This document shows positions 30,817 through 40,849 of a stretch of 64,000 nt of DNA, piece after piece; the first letter of the stretch is position 1; every line of letters begins with the position of its first letter. The stretch is taken from the NCBI GenBank assembly GCA_963727775.1, contig CAVSHB010000002.1, positions 32,001 through 96,000 of the forward strand, in the 5' to 3' direction. The translations under genes and the position numbers were made by a program. This DNA is from an uncultured Nitrospiraceae bacterium. GTDB taxonomy: Bacteria > Nitrospirota > Thermodesulfovibrionia > Thermodesulfovibrionales > SM23-35. The notes under the pieces were generated by a model that was given only the letters and a program-made list of their open reading frames with translations, did not search any database and had not been told where the DNA came from.

Positions 30817-31887
30817 ATGAATGACCTTGAAAAATTAAGAGCAAAGATAGACAAAATCGATAATGAAATCCTCAATCTCCTGAATAGAAGATCCAATATT
30901 GTACTTGACGTCGCACATATAAAAAGGAATAACAAATCAAAATTCTATTCACCTGATCGGGAGCGCGAGATATTCGAACGCCTTACAACCCTCAACAAAG
31001 GGCCGTTCCCGAATGAAACTCTGAAAGTCATATACAGGGAAATACTCTCTGCTTCCCTTTATCTTGAGGAACCCTTAAAGGTTGCCTGCCTCGGTCCTAT
31101 GGCGACCTTCACCCATCTTGCTGCTTTAAGACATTTCGGTTCATCCGCCTCATTCGTACCGGTCATCGGTATCAAAGATGTCTTTGAGGCAGTTGAAACC
31201 GGAAAAACAGAATTCGGGGTTGTTCCTATTGAAAACTCTAACGAGGGTGTCATAACCTATACTCTTGATCTATTCATAGATTATGACCTCAAGGTCTCTG
31301 CCGAGGTTATGCTGGAAATTACTCATAACCTGCTTTCACGAAGCGGTGATAGAAAGAGAATTAAAAAGATATACTCATTTTCTCCACCGACAGCTCAATG
31401 CAGGCGATGGCTTCAATTAAATATGCCCGGGATACCGATAATAGAAGCAACAAGCACAGCGAATGCGGCAGAACTTGCTGCGCATGATGACGACGCAGCT
31501 GCTATTGCAAGTGAACTGGCGGCAGAGATATACAACCTACAGTTTGTCGAGCGGAGCATAGAAGACAATAAACACAATTTTACCAGGTTCCTTGTTATCT
31601 CAAAGGAGTTCCCCCATAAGACGGGGAAAGACAAGACCTCCATCATGTTCTCAATCAAAGATAAACCCGGATCGCTCTACGATATCCTCTACCCATTAAA
31701 AAAAGCAGGGATTAATCTTACAAAAATAGAGTCAAGGCCTTCCAAAAGAAAAGCCTGGGAGTATATATTTTTTGTTGATATGGAAGGGCACATAAATGAT
31801 AAAAAATTGAAAAAGGCTGTAGAGTCCCTGAAAGATAATTGTCTTTATCTCAAAATTCTCGGCTCTTATCCTTATAGTGGAGTCTAA
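30817..31887 (+). CDS. pheA: Chorismate mutase / prephenate dehydratase
   Basis: LRAKIDKID CM domain, VPIENS, TRF, ACT with IESRP. Confidence 0.95.
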   Translation: MNDLEKLRAKIDKIDNEILNLLNRRSNIVLDVAHIKRNNKSKFYSPDREREIFERLTTLNKGPFPNETLKVIYREILSASLYLEEPLKVACLGPMATFTHLAALRHFGSSASFVPVIGIKDVFEAVETGKTEFGVVPIENSNEGVITYTLDLFIDYDLKVSAEVMLEITHNLLSRSGDRKRIKKIYSFSPPTAQCRRWLQLNMPGIPIIEATSTANAAELAAHDDDAAAIASELAAEIYNLQFVERSIEDNKHNFTRFLVISKEFPHKTGKDKTSIMFSIKDKPGSLYDILYPLKKAGINLTKIESRPSKRKAWEYIFFVDMEGHINDKKLKKAVESLKDNCLYLKILGSYPYSGV

Positions 31888-33018
31888 ATGATCAAGCCGC
31901 CTGATTATGTCTCAGCCATAAAGCCATATATCCCCGGGAAGCCTCTGGAGGAGCTTGAGCGTGAACTGGGGATTAAAGACTCTGTAAAGCTTGCGTCGAA
32001 TGAGAACCCGTTGGGCCCGTCTGCAATGGCGGTCAGGGCCATATCAGAGAGCCTGATGAGTAACGATCTTTCCAATACTATAAACAGATATCCCGACGGG
32101 AGCGGTTACTATGTTAAGAAAGCCTTATCCGAAAAGCTGTCGGTCAAAGAAGATGAGATAATCCTCGGCAATGGTTCCAATGAGCTGATCGATATTGCTG
32201 CAAGGACATTTGTCCAGCCTGCGGACGAGGCTGTTATGGCTTATCCGTCTTTCGTTGTGTATCCGATGGCGATACAGGCAATAGGCGGGAAACCCATACA
32301 GGTACCTTTGAAGGAATACACACATGACCTCGATGCCATGGCGGATGCGGTTACCTCAAGGACAAAGGCGGTTTTTATAGCAAATCCGAATAACCCGACA
32401 GGCACCATAAATAACCGGAATGAATTCGAACGCCTGATAAAAAAACTTCCTGACGGTATATTGATAGTAGTTGACGAAGCCTACTTTGAATATGTTACCG
32501 ACCCCGAATATGCCGACAGTATGAAATATTTCAGGGAAGGAAGGGACATATTAATACTCAGGACTTTTTCCAAGATTTATGGGCTTGCCGGCCTCAGGAT
32601 TGGCTACGGGATCGCAAAGAAGGAAATAGTTTCTGAGATGAATAAACTCAGGCCTCCCTTTAACACAAGCTCGCTCGCCCAAAATGCCGCGCTGTGGGCG
32701 CTTAAAGATGAAGATCATATAAAACGAACACAGCAAACAAACGAACAGGGAAAGAGGTTCCTTTACAAGGAGCTTGACTCTCTGGGCTTTAAGTATGTTC
32801 CTTCCGAGGCAAACTTTATCTATATAGTATTAGAACAGGATTCAAATATACTGTACAATAAATTATTAACACAGGGTATAATTGTCAGGCCGATGGGACC
32901 TCGAGAAATAAGGGTTACGATCGGTTTGCCTGAAGAAAATGAACGCTTTGTTAAAGCACTGAAGAAAATTCTCAATAAATCTATAGGCATCAAGCTCAAG
33001 AATGTAAATATCTGCTGA
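31888..33018 (+). CDS. hisC: Histidinol-phosphate aminotransferase
   Basis: KLASNENP, NPNNPTG, DEAY, RTFSKIYGLAGLRIG. Confidence 0.95.
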   Translation: MIKPPDYVSAIKPYIPGKPLEELERELGIKDSVKLASNENPLGPSAMAVRAISESLMSNDLSNTINRYPDGSGYYVKKALSEKLSVKEDEIILGNGSNELIDIAARTFVQPADEAVMAYPSFVVYPMAIQAIGGKPIQVPLKEYTHDLDAMADAVTSRTKAVFIANPNNPTGTINNRNEFERLIKKLPDGILIVVDEAYFEYVTDPEYADSMKYFREGRDILILRTFSKIYGLAGLRIGYGIAKKEIVSEMNKLRPPFNTSSLAQNAALWALKDEDHIKRTQQTNEQGKRFLYKELDSLGFKYVPSEANFIYIVLEQDSNILYNKLLTQGIIVRPMGPREIRVTIGLPEENERFVKALKKILNKSIGIKLKNVNIC

Positions 33019-33053
33019 TGACCAATGACTGCTGATAAAAGGTGGAGTAATAA

Positions 33054-34079
33054 ATGGACATTATTGTTTTAAGGCCGGGGACTTCTGAAGAAGAGCTGAG
33101 GCATATTGTAAAGAAGCTTGAAAGCCGCGGGCTTCAGGCAAATCTCTCTAAAGGCGCCGAAAGAACGATAGTTGGAGTAATCGGGGACACTTCCAATGTA
33201 ACAGAGGAAGAAGAAAATGCGATAAGGGTGATGCCCGGCGTTGAAGATGTAATGAGGATATTGAAACCCTACAAGCTTGCAAGCAGGGATTTCAAGACTG
33301 AAAACACGACTATCAATGTAAAAGGGAATATTATCGGCGGCAGGAAGATTCAAGTGATCGCAGGCCCGTGCGCTGTCGAAAACAAGACTATACTGCTGAA
33401 CATCGCTGAAAAAGTCAAAGACGCGGGAGCTGCATTTATCAGAGGGGGCGCTTTCAAGCCGCGGACTTCTCCTTATTCTTTCCAGGGCCTTGGTGAAGAA
33501 GGATTAAAGTATCTCGCATATGTAAGAAAGAAGACAGGACTTCCCGTTGTTACAGAAGTGATGGACCCCAGGGATATGGAAGTAATTTCAAAATATGCAG
33601 ACATAATACAGATAGGAGCAAGGAACATGCAGAACTTCAGGCTGCTCCTTGAGGTCGGCATGGCCAAAAAACCGGTGCTGCTTAAGAGAGGCTTATCGGC
33701 AACGATTAAGGAATGGCTTATGGCGGCCGAATATATAATGTCCAAAGGCAATCAGAATGTAATTCTCTGTGAACGCGGGATCAGGACGTTTGAGACTGCA
33801 ACAAGGAATACCCTTGACCTGAGCGCTGTTCCGGTCCTTAAGAAACTCACACATCTCCCTGTTGTTGTTGATCCGAGCCATGGGGTCGGCAAGTGGGATC
33901 TTGTTGCGCCCATGTCAAAAGCAGCCATTGCCGCAGGAGCGGACGGACTTATTATCGAGGTACATACAAACCCTGAGGAGGCATTGTCGGATGGTGAGCA
34001 GTCACTGAAGCCGGATGATTTCAAAAAATTGATGAAAGAAATGAAACCGATAGCAGCCGCTGTCGGGAGAGAGATATAG
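33054..34079 (+). CDS. aroF: DAHP synthase (type I beta, N-terminal regulatory domain)
   Basis: [32 protein letters not shown]. Confidence 0.95.
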   Translation: MDIIVLRPGTSEEELRHIVKKLESRGLQANLSKGAERTIVGVIGDTSNVTEEEENAIRVMPGVEDVMRILKPYKLASRDFKTENTTINVKGNIIGGRKIQVIAGPCAVENKTILLNIAEKVKDAGAAFIRGGAFKPRTSPYSFQGLGEEGLKYLAYVRKKTGLPVVTEVMDPRDMEVISKYADIIQIGARNMQNFRLLLEVGMAKKPVLLKRGLSATIKEWLMAAEYIMSKGNQNVILCERGIRTFETATRNTLDLSAVPVLKKLTHLPVVVDPSHGVGKWDLVAPMSKAAIAAGADGLIIEVHTNPEEALSDGEQSLKPDDFKKLMKEMKPIAAAVGREI

Positions 34080-34954
34080 TGACAGCGGAACAAGGTCCCC
34101 TTTTTTTTGACAAAGTAACGATACTTGGTGTCGGTCTAATTGGTGCATCTTTTGCGCTTGCGCTGAAAAATCGCGGCCTTTGCAGCGAGGTCGTCGGCTT
34201 CGGAAGGAGAGAGGAAAATCTCAATAAGGCAAAGGGAAAAAAAATAATCGACGTCGTTGAACTCGATGCCGCAAAGGCTTGTAAAGGATCGGACCTCGTG
34301 TTATTTGCAACGCCGGTGGGTATATTTATTGATTTAGCAAAAAAGATAACCGGTTCATTAAAAAAGAACGTCATAGTAACGGATGTCGGGAGTGTAAAAG
34401 GAAAGCTCGTCCGCGATATGGAGGCATTAATGCCTGACGGCGTTTTTTTTGTCGGAGGGCATCCTATTGCTGGGAGCGACCGCTCGGGGATCGACACGGC
34501 TGCAGCAAATATATTCAATGGTGCAAAGTGTATTATTTCACCCACTGAGAATACGGATAAAACTGCTCTTGACAGCATCACGTCCCTGTGGAGGACATTC
34601 GGTTCGGTTGTAAAACTTATCAATCCCGATGAACATGACAGAATATATGCAGCGGTCAGCCACCTCCCCCATCTCATCGCGTATGAAATGATAAATACAG
34701 TAGCGGCCATAGACAGCTCATATCTCGCATTCTCAGGACAGGGGTTTAAGGACTTCACCCGGATAGCATCAAGCCATCCGGAACTATGGCGCGATATATG
34801 CATTTTGAACAGAGAGAATCTCCTTGAGTATGTCGAAATTTTCAAGAAAAATCTCGATAGGGTGAGTCAGTATCTCAGGGCTTATGATTTCGAGTCTCTT
34901 GAAAGAGATTTCAAAAAAGCCCGGACACTGAGGGAAGGTATTGGACAGAATTGA
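34079..34954 (+). CDS. tyrA: Prephenate/arogenate dehydrogenase
   Basis: GVGLIG, TDVGSVK, HPIAG, SHLPH, DFTRIA. Confidence 0.93.
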   Translation: MTAEQGPLFFDKVTILGVGLIGASFALALKNRGLCSEVVGFGRREENLNKAKGKKIIDVVELDAAKACKGSDLVLFATPVGIFIDLAKKITGSLKKNVIVTDVGSVKGKLVRDMEALMPDGVFFVGGHPIAGSDRSGIDTAAANIFNGAKCIISPTENTDKTALDSITSLWRTFGSVVKLINPDEHDRIYAAVSHLPHLIAYEMINTVAAIDSSYLAFSGQGFKDFTRIASSHPELWRDICILNRENLLEYVEIFKKNLDRVSQYLRAYDFESLERDFKKARTLREGIGQN

Positions 34955-36230
34955 ACTTAATAAGGCAAAGAGGTTTAGAGGCGAGTTTTCTCCTACCCCC
35001 GATAAATCCATATCCCACAGGGCGGTGATCTTTTCTTCCCTGTCAAAAGGGAAAAGCGTTATAAGAAATTTTCTCAGGGCTGAAGACCCTGTCAGCACTA
35101 TCAATGCTTTCCGGGCATTAGGTGTTGATATAGACGATATCGGAGATGACATTATTATCAACGGCAATGGTACTTTCGGACTCAAAGAACCTCTCAATAT
35201 AATTGATTGCGGAAACTCTGGGACAACTATCAGGTTGCTTTCAGGGGTCCTCTCAGGTAATCCTTTCTTCTCCGTGCTTACAGGCGACGAATCATTGAGA
35301 AAAAGACCAATGGCCAGGATCATCACTCCTTTAAGACAGATGGGCGCCGAGATCGTCTCAAGGGCGGAAAACAAGTATCCTCCGGTATCAATAAGAGGGA
35401 GGAAGTTGCAACCGCTGAAATATAGCTTACCCGTTGCCAGTGCACAGGTAAAATCAGCGGTCCTCCTTGCAGGTCTTTATGCGGACGGGGAAACTGAAAT
35501 AGTGGAACCTGCGAAATCAAGAGACCATACCGAACGGATGTTGCCCGCATTCGGCGCAGAGATAAAAATTGACGGGCTGCGTGTCACTATACAGGGAGGT
35601 GCGGAATTAACGGGGAATGATGTTTATGTACCGGGTGACTTCTCATCAGCCGCGTTTTTTATGGTCGGCGCATTATTGATCGGGGATTCCGATATAACAA
35701 TAAGGGGAGTTGGGATTAATCCGACGAGAACAGGGCTGTTGAGTGTCTTAAAGGAAATGGGCGCTGAGATCGAGGTGGATAATATAAGGACCGTGTCCGG
35801 CGAACCGATCGCGGATATCCTCTGCAAGGGTGGCTCCGGATTAAGGGCCGTAGACATAACTAAAGAAAAGATACCCGCCCTTATCGATGAGTTCCCTATT
35901 TTGTGTGTTGCAGCCTCACAGGCAACAGGAGTCACGACCATTCGAGGTGCTGAAGAGCTTAGGGTGAAAGAGTCCGACAGGATAAGAAGTATGGTGACAG
36001 AACTCAGGAAAATGGGAGCGCAGGTTGAAGAATTCGTAGACGGTTTAAGTATTCAAGGGAAATGTGAATTAAAAGGCTCTGTTATAGAGAGTTACGGAGA
36101 CCACAGAATCGCGATGGCAATGTCGATAGCGGCGCTTATTGCCGATGATACGACAACCATACATGGAATCTCTTCTGTAAACATTTCATTCCCCGGATTT
36201 TTTCAAGTATTAAGGAGATTAACCTTATGA
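34941..36230 (+). CDS. aroA: EPSP synthase
   Basis: DKSISHR, CGNSGTT, SAQVKS, ELRVKESDR, DHRIAM. Confidence 0.97.
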   Translation: MDRIELNKAKRFRGEFSPTPDKSISHRAVIFSSLSKGKSVIRNFLRAEDPVSTINAFRALGVDIDDIGDDIIINGNGTFGLKEPLNIIDCGNSGTTIRLLSGVLSGNPFFSVLTGDESLRKRPMARIITPLRQMGAEIVSRAENKYPPVSIRGRKLQPLKYSLPVASAQVKSAVLLAGLYADGETEIVEPAKSRDHTERMLPAFGAEIKIDGLRVTIQGGAELTGNDVYVPGDFSSAAFFMVGALLIGDSDITIRGVGINPTRTGLLSVLKEMGAEIEVDNIRTVSGEPIADILCKGGSGLRAVDITKEKIPALIDEFPILCVAASQATGVTTIRGAEELRVKESDRIRSMVTELRKMGAQVEEFVDGLSIQGKCELKGSVIESYGDHRIAMAMSIAALIADDTTTIHGISSVNISFPGFFQVLRRLTL

Positions 36231-36883
36231 ATAAGGTTATTGCTATAGATGGTCCTTCAGGGTCAGGGAAGACCACGTTGGCAAAGCTCATCGCAAAAGA
36301 GCTGAACCTGAACTACCTCGATACGGGCGCATTATACAGGGCTGTTGCCATTGCATTGAGGGACGCCGGGATAAAGCAAGAAGACAGTGATGAAAAATTC
36401 AGGGATGTACTCAGCCGGACTCTCGTTACATTCAACGAAGGCAAGGTTTTCCTTAACAACAGGGATATCTCAGACCATATAAGATCAAAGGAAATCGATC
36501 ATTACTCCTCCGTCTTTTCAGCGAGGAAAATCGTCAGAGATTTTCTTCTTGAGTCCCAGAGAAGTGCCGCGTTAAGCAGCGACCTCGTTGTTGAGGGCAG
36601 AGATACGACGACGGTTGTATTTCCGAATGCGAAGAAAAAGATTTTCCTTGACGCCTCAGTGGAAGAAAGGGCGAAAAGACGTTATCTTCAGTTCAGGGGC
36701 AATGGCGTGGATATAAGCATTGATGAGGCTAAAATTAATATAATAGAAAGAGACAGTAGAGATGCGGGCCGCGATATTGCCCCTTTGACAATAGCGCCTG
36801 ATGCTATCGTAGTGGATTCTTCGGAACTTTCTATCGATCAGGTTAAGAAAAAAATAATTGATTTTATAGAGGCCGATCATTGA
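36227..36883 (+). CDS. cmk: Cytidylate kinase
   Basis: IDGPSGSGKT, DTGALYR, EGRD. Confidence 0.95.
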   Translation: MNKVIAIDGPSGSGKTTLAKLIAKELNLNYLDTGALYRAVAIALRDAGIKQEDSDEKFRDVLSRTLVTFNEGKVFLNNRDISDHIRSKEIDHYSSVFSARKIVRDFLLESQRSAALSSDLVVEGRDTTTVVFPNAKKKIFLDASVEERAKRRYLQFRGNGVDISIDEAKINIIERDSRDAGRDIAPLTIAPDAIVVDSSELSIDQVKKKIIDFIEADH

Positions 36884-36960
36884 GTTTTTTTACAATTTCC
36901 GTTGCAATAATTTGTATTATTCTTGGAGTGGTCAGCAGGTCTGACGCCAAATGGAAATAA
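36880..36960 (+). CDS. Putative 26-aa single-TM small protein
   Basis: TTG overlapping cmk stop, GAGG 7 nt upstream, MSFFTISVAIICIILGVVSRSDAKWK*, stop overlaps ispH start. Confidence 0.35.
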   Translation: MSFFTISVAIICIILGVVSRSDAKWK

Positions 36961-37787
36961 TTATAGCCAAGACAGCCGGCTTTTGTTTCGGGGTCAAGAG
37001 GGCTATTGAGATAGCCTTTAAGATGGCCAAGGCAAAGCGCAAAGGTGTATATACGCTTGGTCCTATAATTCACAATCCCCAAGTGGTGGACAAGCTTAAA
37101 GAAAAAGGTATTATCCCCATCGAAAATTTTAGGACAAAGAAGGATATAAAGGCGCTGATAATAAGGACCCACGGCATACCGCGCAATCTTTCGAAAGAAA
37201 TATCTTCCAGCGGCTGTGAGATTATCGATGCTACATGTCCATTTGTAAAAAAGGCCCAGTATTATGCTAAACTCCTTAGTGAAGAGGGTTATCAGGTAGT
37301 TATTCTTGGAGAAAAAAACCATCCAGAGGTCAAGAGCCTGATGAGTTATGCTGATGACCGTGTTATAGTGGTTGACGGCAAAACGCCTTTGCCGGTCTTG
37401 AAAAATAGGGTGGGGATAGTTGTCCAGACTACACAACCCCTCGAAGTCTTGAAAAAAGTGCTGTCTGAGGCCTTAGAGCATTCGAAAGAGATTAAAGTAT
37501 ATAATACAATATGTAATTCTACCGCCCTTCGGCTGAAAGAAACTGGGAATATGGCGGGTAAGGTAAATGTCATGTTTGTTGTCGGCGGCAAGAACAGTGC
37601 AAATACAACCCAGCTTACCAGATTGTGCACGTCTTTGTCCGTGCCGACACGCCACATAGAGACGTCTTCCGAGATTAGAAAAGCGTGGATTAAGGGGGCA
37701 AAAAAGATCGGGATAACTGCCGGGGCATCAACGCCCAAGTGGATTATAAAAGAAGTAGAAAAAAGAATTAGAGATATAGGAGGGTAG
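36951..37787 (+). CDS. ispH: 4-hydroxy-3-methylbut-2-enyl diphosphate reductase
   Basis: GFCFGVKRA, DATCP, QTT, TICNST, TAGASTP. Confidence 0.96.
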   Translation: MEIIIAKTAGFCFGVKRAIEIAFKMAKAKRKGVYTLGPIIHNPQVVDKLKEKGIIPIENFRTKKDIKALIIRTHGIPRNLSKEISSSGCEIIDATCPFVKKAQYYAKLLSEEGYQVVILGEKNHPEVKSLMSYADDRVIVVDGKTPLPVLKNRVGIVVQTTQPLEVLKKVLSEALEHSKEIKVYNTICNSTALRLKETGNMAGKVNVMFVVGGKNSANTTQLTRLCTSLSVPTRHIETSSEIRKAWIKGAKKIGITAGASTPKWIIKEVEKRIRDIGG

Positions 37788-37792
37788 GTTAG

Positions 37793-39379
37793 GTGGAACT
37801 TAAAAACGACGAGATGGAAAAACTCTATGCTGAGACCTTTCACAGCATTGAGGAAGGGGCAATACTGAAAGGGAAATTACTCACCCTGCGACCGGACGGG
37901 GTGATTGTGGATATCGGCTTTAAATCGGAGGGTTTTATACCGATTGAGGAATTCTCACATGAGGAAATCGCCTTGCTTAAACCCGGTATGGATATAGAGG
38001 TGTTTGTCGAAAACATTGAGGATTCGGAAGGCATGATAACTCTGTCAAAAGAGCGCGCAACAAAAATCAAGGTGTGGGATATGCTTGAGAACGCGTTGCG
38101 CAGCGGCAGCCCTGTTGAAGGTAAGATTGTTGGAAAGACAAAAGGCGGGTTTTCGGTCGATATATCGGGCGTGAATGCATTTCTTCCAGGTTCTCAGTTT
38201 GATATAAAACCGCCCAAAGATAGTGACAACCTTATCGGGAAAAGGATATCCTTCAAGGTCTTGAAATTGAACAATAAACTCTCAAACGTCATAGTATCGA
38301 GAAGAGTGATTATAGAAGAAGAGATGCAAAAGAAGAAGAAAGAAACCCTTAAGAGCCTCAAGGAAGGTCAACTCATGAAGGGCACAGTCAAGAATATCAC
38401 AGATTATGGCGTGTTTGTTGATCTCGGTGGGGTAGACGGGCTTTTGCATATATCGGATATCTCATGGGGTAGGATAAACCATCCTTCTGAATTTTTTGCT
38501 ATCAGCGATGAGATTGATGTTATTGTGCTGAAATACGATGGAGAGACCGAGAAAGTTACATTAGGCTACAAACAAAGAAAAGCAGACCCCTGGTCCGTCG
38601 TCGATGAGAAATATCCCTTAGGCAAAAGGGTGAAGGGCAAAGTTGTTAGCATTACCGATTACGGCGCATTTATTGAACTTGAAGAAGGTCTTGAGGGCCT
38701 TGTCCATATATCCGAGATAGACTGGATATCAAGGCCGAAACATCCTTCAAAATACTTGTCGATCGGGGAGACCGTTGAAGCTGTTGTATTGAAGGTAGAT
38801 AAGGACGAGAGGCGTCTTTCATTAAGCATAAAACAGATAAAGCCGAGTCCTTGGGAAGTTGTTTCGCAGCGATATAAAGTCAGTCAGAAGATATCGGGGA
38901 AGGTTAAGACAATAACAGACTTTGGCGTTTTTGTGGGGCTTCCGGAAGGCGTGGACGGACTCATCCATATATCCGACCTGTCATGGACAAAACACATAAA
39001 ACATCCTTCAGAAGTTCTGAGGAAAGGACAAAAAGTCGATGCCGTTATTTTAAGCATGGAACCGGAGGCGGAAAAGATGGCGCTTGGGCTGAAGCAGGTT
39101 GAACCCGATCCGTGGCAGCACGATATACCTGAAAAGTTTAAGCTGGGTTCCGAGGTAAAAGGAAAGATCCTGACGATCACCGATTTCGGGATTTTTGTTG
39201 AACTTGAAGGCGAGGTTGAAGGTCTTATTTATTCTTCCGAGATTCTTAAGCCGGCGTCGGGAATGATAGAGGATGTTGTAAATGTCGGAGATTCCATCGT
39301 TGTGAGGATAATAAAAGTGGATTGTGAAGAAAGAAAGATAGGACTGAGCATGAAAAATTTAAAGAGGGTTGAAGAGTGA
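37793..39379 (+). CDS. rpsA: 30S ribosomal protein S1
   Basis: Tandem S1 domains (TDYGVFVDL..DGLLHISD repeats). Confidence 0.97.
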   Translation: MELKNDEMEKLYAETFHSIEEGAILKGKLLTLRPDGVIVDIGFKSEGFIPIEEFSHEEIALLKPGMDIEVFVENIEDSEGMITLSKERATKIKVWDMLENALRSGSPVEGKIVGKTKGGFSVDISGVNAFLPGSQFDIKPPKDSDNLIGKRISFKVLKLNNKLSNVIVSRRVIIEEEMQKKKKETLKSLKEGQLMKGTVKNITDYGVFVDLGGVDGLLHISDISWGRINHPSEFFAISDEIDVIVLKYDGETEKVTLGYKQRKADPWSVVDEKYPLGKRVKGKVVSITDYGAFIELEEGLEGLVHISEIDWISRPKHPSKYLSIGETVEAVVLKVDKDERRLSLSIKQIKPSPWEVVSQRYKVSQKISGKVKTITDFGVFVGLPEGVDGLIHISDLSWTKHIKHPSEVLRKGQKVDAVILSMEPEAEKMALGLKQVEPDPWQHDIPEKFKLGSEVKGKILTITDFGIFVELEGEVEGLIYSSEILKPASGMIEDVVNVGDSIVVRIIKVDCEERKIGLSMKNLKRVEE

Positions 39380-40221
39380 AGAAATTTTTTCTGATCCTGC
39401 TCGGCCTGTTCGTGTTGGTAATTATAAGTCTGGTCTTTGTAATGCTGCAAAAAAACCTGTCCATAGGCGAACGCGTGGCGCTTATACGTGTGGAAGGACC
39501 GATCCTTGATTCAAAAGACACAATCGACGAGATCAAGGATTATGTGAAAGACCCTTCAATTAAAGCCATTATACTTCGTGTAGACAGCCCCGGCGGAGCA
39601 GTGGCGCCTTCGCAGGAAATATACGAAGAGGTGAGAAAGGCCGTCACAAAAAAGAAGATCGTTGTTTCCATGGGGTCTGTTGCCGCGTCAGGGGGCTATT
39701 ATATCGCATCTCCTGCATCAAGAATTGTCGCAAACCCGGGAACTTTGACCGGATCTATCGGGGTGATTATGGAGATACCGAACCTGGAAGGTCTCATGAA
39801 TAAGATCGGGATTAAAACCGAGGTAATAAAAAGCGGCAGGCACAAAGATATTGCATCAATTTTCCGGGGCGTTAAAGAAGAGGAGAAGCAGATACTTCAA
39901 AATGTGCTCGATAATGTGCACGAGCAGTTCATCATAGCTGTTGCCGACGGCAGGAAGATGCTCCGCGACGATGTGAAAAAAATCGCTGACGGACGGGTCT
40001 TCACCGGCGAGCAGGCGCTCAAGGCCGGGCTTGTAGACGAACTTGGTAACCTTGACGACGCGGTCAAAGCTGCTGCAAAGCTTTCGGGTATCAGGGGGGA
40101 GCCTGAGGTAATAAGCAAAAAGGAAAAGTTTTCTTTGATTAACCTGCTGAGAGGAAAGGTACCGAAAGAATTTATGGATGCCTTTCCGTCTGTAAAAGTA
40201 AAATACTTGTTTTCACCATAA
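39376..40221 (+). CDS. sppA: Signal peptide peptidase SppA (36K type)
   Basis: DSPGG, AASGGYYIA, TGSIGVI. Confidence 0.93.
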   Translation: MKKFFLILLGLFVLVIISLVFVMLQKNLSIGERVALIRVEGPILDSKDTIDEIKDYVKDPSIKAIILRVDSPGGAVAPSQEIYEEVRKAVTKKKIVVSMGSVAASGGYYIASPASRIVANPGTLTGSIGVIMEIPNLEGLMNKIGIKTEVIKSGRHKDIASIFRGVKEEEKQILQNVLDNVHEQFIIAVADGRKMLRDDVKKIADGRVFTGEQALKAGLVDELGNLDDAVKAAAKLSGIRGEPEVISKKEKFSLINLLRGKVPKEFMDAFPSVKVKYLFSP

Positions 40222-40253
40222 ACTTTCCCCAATAGGGGACTCGAGGAGGTTGT

Positions 40254-40538
40254 ATGACAAAATCAGTCCTCATAGAAAAAGTATCGGAGAGAATAGGCAG
40301 CCTTACAAGAAAGCAGACCGAGATAGTTATTGAGACTGTTTTTGAAAGCATAAAAGAATCGCTTGTAAAGGGCGAGAAAATAGAAATAAGAGGTTTCGGA
40401 AACTTCAAACCGAAGAACAGAAGACCGAGAAGAGCGAGAAACCCGAAGACGGGGCAGAAGGTTGAGGTACCGGAGAAAAGGGTTCTGCACTTTAAGGTAG
40501 GAAAGGCCCTCAGGGAAGCAATGAACCCCAAAGCTTAA
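40254..40538 (+). CDS. ihfB: Integration host factor beta / HU family
   Basis: MTKS, EIRGFGNF, RNPKTG; synteny after rpsA-sppA. Confidence 0.88.
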   Translation: MTKSVLIEKVSERIGSLTRKQTEIVIETVFESIKESLVKGEKIEIRGFGNFKPKNRRPRRARNPKTGQKVEVPEKRVLHFKVGKALREAMNPKA

Positions 40539-40625
40539 TGGTTTTCTTTCCTCCCCGATATTCATTGGGACATTATTATAATTGCGGTATTTGGATTAAC
40601 GCATAGTCCGCATTATTCATAAAAT

Positions 40626-40738
40626 TGACGACAGATACGGTCTTTGCGCTCATTCCCGGCCCGGTACGAATCGGGCCTCCGAGGTAAATTCTTTCTTCGG
40701 AAGAATTTAAAACCGCTTAAATACTGTACCTGTCGTTA
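40626..40738 (+). repeat. Structured dispersed repeat, copy A (MITE/REP-like element or ncRNA)
   Basis: Long terminal stem enclosing two hairpins; homologous to reverse complement of 57715-57823. Confidence 0.8.
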
Positions 40739-40849
40739 CCCACATATTTTATTAAGGTGGGATAAATTGTATATTCAACCCGGTATGAATAAACATCTGT
40801 CTAAGGCCCTGTCTGTTTATGATAAAATAAATATTTCGGAGAATTATTT

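Noticed and set aside
40626..40738. Known riboswitch (cobalamin, SAM, c-di-GMP) upstream of cobA/hemD, or tRNA/SRP/6S RNA
   Set aside because: No diagnostic conserved motifs recognised, and a second copy lies in an unrelated context; kept as an unknown structured repeat
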